A DNA stretch of 64,000 nucleotides from Candidatus Dormiibacterota bacterium (lineage in GTDB: Bacteria > Chloroflexota > Dormibacteria > Aeolococcales > Aeolococcaceae). Below, in pieces: positions 56,800 to 64,000 of the stretch. Location of the stretch: positions 261,703-325,702 of the forward strand of contig CAWKDT010000020.1 in the NCBI GenBank assembly GCA_963848445.1. Direction: 5' to 3'. Every line of letters begins with the position of its first letter. Within the stretch, counting starts at the first letter, position 1. The notes beneath the pieces are model-generated. The model was not told the DNA's origin. It saw nothing but the letters and a program-made list of their open reading frames with translations, and did no database searches. A program made the position numbers and the translations under genes.

Positions 56800-58576
56800 T
56801 CAGTCCCCGCTTGTCTGCCCGAAGGTGAGCGAGGCCGACGGATGCGTCCGTGCCAACCGCGCCTGCGCGCTCCCCAGTGCGGTGGGTGAGAGGTTGGCGA
56901 CCGTCATGGCGTTGACGAAGTCGTCTCCGTTGATGCGGTAGATCGCGCACGGTGCCACGGTCTTCACCGTCGCGGTCCGAGCGCGATGCTCGAGCAATCC
57001 GATCTCGCCGAAATAGTTGGGTGGGCCAAGCACGCCGAGGGACTTCTCGACTCCCGCCTCGCCGGCCGCCAGGATCTCGACCTGACCGTCGGTGAGGACG
57101 AAGAAATCGTCCGCATCTGCGCCCTCGCGAATAAGCACCGTGCCGGCCTCGACCTTCTCCTCCACCGCCGCTCTGGCGATGCGCTCCAACGCCGCGCGAG
57201 TCGCGCCGGCGAAGATGTCGAGGCTCTGCAGCACGAGCGATGCGCGGTTCGATCGCGGAGAGCTCGCGCAGTGCTCGCAGGTCGAGGACGCGGATCCACG
57301 GATACGCGCAGATGCAGAGCGCGGGAATCGCGAATCCCATGATGAGGAGTGTCGCGGTGAATCCCACGCTGCCGAGCAGGATGGGCATGAGCAGCGCGCC
57401 GAGCGAGATGGCGGACAGCACGAGCGCGAAGAAGACTCCGAAGACTCGCGCGACGACCTCGGGTTTCACGAGGCGCTGCAACGCCGTGATCGCGAGCACG
57501 TCGACGACGATGGTCCCCGCGCCGCGCACCACCTCGAGCACGAACGCGATCCACGGCGAGTGCACGATCGTCAGGAGGGATGTCGGCAGGCAGTACACCG
57601 CCATCCCGATGACGATGATCCGCCCGAGCCGGCCGGCGGATGCGACTCGATTCATGAATCCGGCGATCAGGATCCCTCCGACCCCGAGTGCAGCGAGCAG
57701 GTAGCCATATCCGCTGCTGCCGGTTCCCAGCTGATTCTTGCTGATGACCACGAAGAGCACCGTGTCCGTCCCGTAGACGAAGCTCGCGAGGATGCTGAAA
57801 CCCGCAAGGAGCGTGACGCTCGGCGACGACACGAATGCGCGGAAGCCGACTCCCATCTGCTTGAGCGGTCCCGCGGTGCCGCCCTCGGTGATGTCCGTGG
57901 GATGGCTTCTGGTGCGCATCCGGCTGACCACCAGTGCCGAGAACCCGAACGTCGCGGCGTTGACACCGAACACGACCGCCGGCGGGCTGAAGAGCAGCAG
58001 CACGCCCGCGATCGCGGGCCCGACGATGATGGACAGGTTCTCGACCACCGATTGCGCGCTGTTGGCGGCCGCGAGGTGCTCCTCACCGACGATGATCGGT
58101 GTCGTCGCGCGGGCGGCAGGGTCGTATGAGGACGTTGTGATCGAGGTGAGCGCAGCGAGCACGATCGCCAGCACCACGGGCCCGTTCAGCGCCGCGACGA
58201 CGGCCAGACCGGTCTGGAACGCGAGCGCAAGCGAATCGAGACTCACCATCAAACGCACGCGCTCCATCCGATCGGCGATCAATCCACCGATGGGGCTGGT
58301 GACGAGCGCCGTGAGGAAGCGCGTCATCGACGCCGCCGCAACCCACGCCGGTGAGTGCGTCGCGTTGAACACGAAGACCACGAGGGCGACGTTGTAGGCC
58401 CACGATCCGCTCATCGAGATGGTCAGCCCGCTGAACAGCAGCCGGTAGTCGCGGTTGCGGAACAGCGAGCGGTAGCCCACCCGGGGCGTCGCGTCATCAG
58501 GGCTCCGGCCGGTCAGCCGCGCGAGGAGACGGCGCCTGACCGAGGGCTTCGGCTCCGCTGCGACCTGCGTGCTCAT
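56800..58576 (-). CDS. MFS transporter fused to a C-terminal cyclic-nucleotide-binding (CNB) domain; apparent frameshift at the junction (about 57235)
   Basis: 12-TM MFS body (MSTQVAAEP… to …CICAYPWIRVLDLRALRELSAIEP), then in the +1 frame LQSLDIFAGATRAALERIARAAVEEKVEAGTVLIREGADADDFFVLTDGQVEI…YFGEIGLL (canonical CNB); the MFS frame continues as Arg-rich junk. Confidence 0.7.
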
Positions 58577-58657
58577 GCGTCGCCGCGCGCGGCGCGGAAA
58601 CCCCTGACCCTGCGATTCACGCGCGGAAGCGTACTCGCCGCCGATACCCTATGGGAC

Positions 58658-59541
58658 ATGCGGCTGCGGCTCTGCGGCACGAGGGGATCCACGCCCGCGC
58701 CGGGCGTCGACTACACCCGGTACGGCGGTCAGACATCGTGTGTGGCGGTGGTGTCGGACGGCGGCGAGTGCCGTCTCATCCTCGACGCGGGCACCGGCCT
58801 GCGCAGGCTGCCCGCGGCGCTGGACGGCGCGCCGTTCAGCGGCAGCATCCTCCTCACCCACCTCCACTGGGACCACACGCACGGCCTGCCGTTCTGCCCG
58901 TCCGTCGACAACCCCGGCGCGCGGACGGCCCTCTACATCCCCGAGCAGCCGGGCGGTGACGCCGAGGAGATCCTCGCCCGCGCGATGTCGCCGCCGCATT
59001 TCCCGATCCGCCCGCGCGAGATGCGCGGATCGTGGCAGTTCGAGCACCTCAGCCCGGGCGAGCATCGCATCGAGGGCTTCGACGTCCTGGCGCTCGAGAT
59101 CCCTCACAAGGGCGGGCGCACATTTGGGTACCGGGTCTCCGACGGTCACACATCCATCGCGTACATGCCGGACCATGCGCCGATCGCCCTCGGCCCCGGG
59201 CCGGACGGGTTCGGCCCGTACCACGAGGCGGCCGTGCAGCTCACCCAGGGTGTCGACCTGCTCCTCCACGATTCGCAGTACACGAGCGAGGAATTCCCCG
59301 CGCGGGCGCATTTCGGGCATTCGAGCATCGACTACGCCGTCGGCCTTGCCGCACACGCCGGCGTGCGGCGGCTCGTGCTCTTCCATCACGATCCCTGGCG
59401 ATCGGACGAGCAGCTCGACGGCATCGTCGCGCGCTGGTCCGATGCGCCGGTGCCCGTGAGCGCCGCGATCGAGTGGGATGTGCTGGACGTCGGCGGCGCC
59501 TCCGACCCACGGGTCGAGCGGCAGCAAAGTACGCTCCGCAC

Positions 59542-59545
<4 letters not shown>
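58658..59545 (+). CDS. MBL-fold metallo-hydrolase
   Basis: HxHxDH motif (LLTHLHWDHTHGLPF) plus downstream His/Asp ligands (HDSQY…GHSS…FHHD); TGA overlaps the GTG start of the next cyclase gene. Confidence 0.75.
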
Positions 59546-63150
<3,605 letters not shown>

Positions 63151-63256
63151 CCGGCGCGACACGTCGCCGGCGATGGTGCATCCTCGCTTTCCCGGACTTG
63201 GGTAGTCGTCGCCGGATTCCCGATCTGAACTCGCGAACCAGTAAGCTCCTCTGGCG

Positions 63257-64000
63257 ATGAACTGCCCTGCCTGCGGAGCAGAGGTCCGCGCCGGACGCCG
63301 CTTCTGCCCGAAGTGCGGCGCCGCACTTGCGCTGGCATGCATCTCCTGTGGAGCCCCGTATGAGGAGGGCGACGCCTTCTGCGGTGAGTGCGGCGCGGCG
63401 CTCGCCGCCGGGGTTGCCGCACCCCCGCCGCCACCGGCCCCGATCCTGCTCGTGGCTCCCGAACGTGCCGGGCTGACCGAGCGGCGGCACGTTTCGGTGC
63501 TCTTCGCCGACCTCGTCGGCTTCACCGCCCTCTCCCAGCAGCGCGATGCGGAGGACGTGCGCGAGCTGCTGACCCGGTACTTCGACACCGCTCGCACCGT
63601 GATCAGGCGGTACGGCGGCACCGTCGAGAAGTTCATCGGCGACGCCGTGATGGCAGCGTGGGGCGTCCGCGAGATTCAGGAGAACGACGCGGAGCGGGCC
63701 GTGCGCGCCGCGCTCGAGCTCGTCGATGCCGTGGCCGCCTTCGGCGAGCAGGCGGGCATCCCCGGGCTCCAGGCACGGGCCGGGGTCCTCACGGGCGAGG
63801 CGGCGGTCAACCTCGGCGCGACCGACGAGGCGCTCCTTGCGGGCGACGTCGTGAACACCGCGAGCCGGGTGCAGGCGGAGGCCGAGCCTGGCACCGTCCT
63901 CGTCGGCGAGAGCACCCGCAACGCCAGCGACGCCGCCATCGAGTACGCGGACGCGGGGACACGTCACCTCAAGGGCAAGACGGAGCCGATCCGGCTCTGG
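63257..64000 (+). CDS. multidomain adenylyl cyclase–STAND–TPR protein (paralog 3, 5' part only; continues beyond the window)
   Basis: MNCPACGAEVRAGRRFCPKCG…CISCG…CGECG zinc ribbons; CHD FADLVGFT/EKFIGDAVMAAWG/VNTASRVQAE. Confidence 0.8.
   Translation, partial: MNCPACGAEVRAGRRFCPKCGAALALACISCGAPYEEGDAFCGECGAALAAGVAAPPPPPAPILLVAPERAGLTERRHVSVLFADLVGFTALSQQRDAEDVRELLTRYFDTARTVIRRYGGTVEKFIGDAVMAAWGVREIQENDAERAVRAALELVDAVAAFGEQAGIPGLQARAGVLTGEAAVNLGATDEALLAGDVVNTASRVQAEAEPGTVLVGESTRNASDAAIEYADAGTRHLKGKTEPIRLW

Noticed and set aside
56735-57230. C-terminal about 165 codons of the 613-aa MFS ORF as a real protein tail
   Set aside because: Sequence is Arg/Gly-rich nonsense, while the +1 frame encodes a perfect cNMP-binding domain. 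Interpreted as a frameshift, not a real C-terminus.

Overview
This window is a very high-GC (about 70%+) chromosomal segment, probably from an actinobacterium. Supporting clues are cofD for F420 biosynthesis, a mycothiol-type MDMPI/DinB_2 protein, a GT87/DUF2029 mannosyltransferase, ECF and HrdB-like sigma factors, and a ctaCDE–ctaG–ctaB oxidase operon. Gene calling relied on protein-family motifs in the six-frame track. Many long ORFs are Arg/Pro/Gly-rich antisense artefacts and were discarded. I saw no rRNA, tRNA, CRISPR array or obvious mobile element.

Content in order:
- 88–1417: cofD and an F420/PNPOx-like enzyme.
- 2840–6271: a compact apbE – ferric-reductase-like membrane protein – NuoF-like flavoprotein – ferredoxin operon.
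- 6276–7594: an ECF sigma / anti-sigma pair.
- 8029–15363: a glyoxylate-centred cluster (AGXT-like aminotransferase, glcDEF, DAO-family FAD oxidase, DapA/HOGA-like lyase).
- 15386–21897: a heme-copper oxidase operon (ctaB, TlpA-like, CtaG, ctaE, ctaD, ctaC) preceded by a CoxB-like cupredoxin with a degenerate CuA site and an unlisted 44-aa membrane ORF.
- 22035–25023: a GH63 glycosidase and a decayed class-III aminotransferase remnant.
- 27502–30759: a sortase-type surface protein with 11 tandem Ig-like repeats.
- 30748–34487: a paaK–paaI–(tyrA::PDT fusion)–MDMPI operon.
- 34770–39285: Crp, Lrp, a DMT exporter, GT87 and a flavodoxin.
- 39477–42413: a roughly 980-aa secreted PQQ-propeller/IPT/triple-repeat protein.
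- 42685–46133: a GT4–GH130 fusion plus a neighbouring gene.
- 46225–47490: amt, with no glnB.
- 51721–52827: a sigma-70.
- 53245–64000: the most unusual locus. It holds three tandem paralogous multidomain adenylyl-cyclase / STAND-ATPase / TPR proteins, an MBL-fold hydrolase translationally coupled to the second cyclase, and a convergent MFS transporter with a C-terminal cyclic-nucleotide-binding domain.

Four genes show apparent frameshifts or decay (the class-III aminotransferase, the tyrA fusion, a class-V aminotransferase and the MFS–CNB gene). These are either real pseudogenes or assembly indels.
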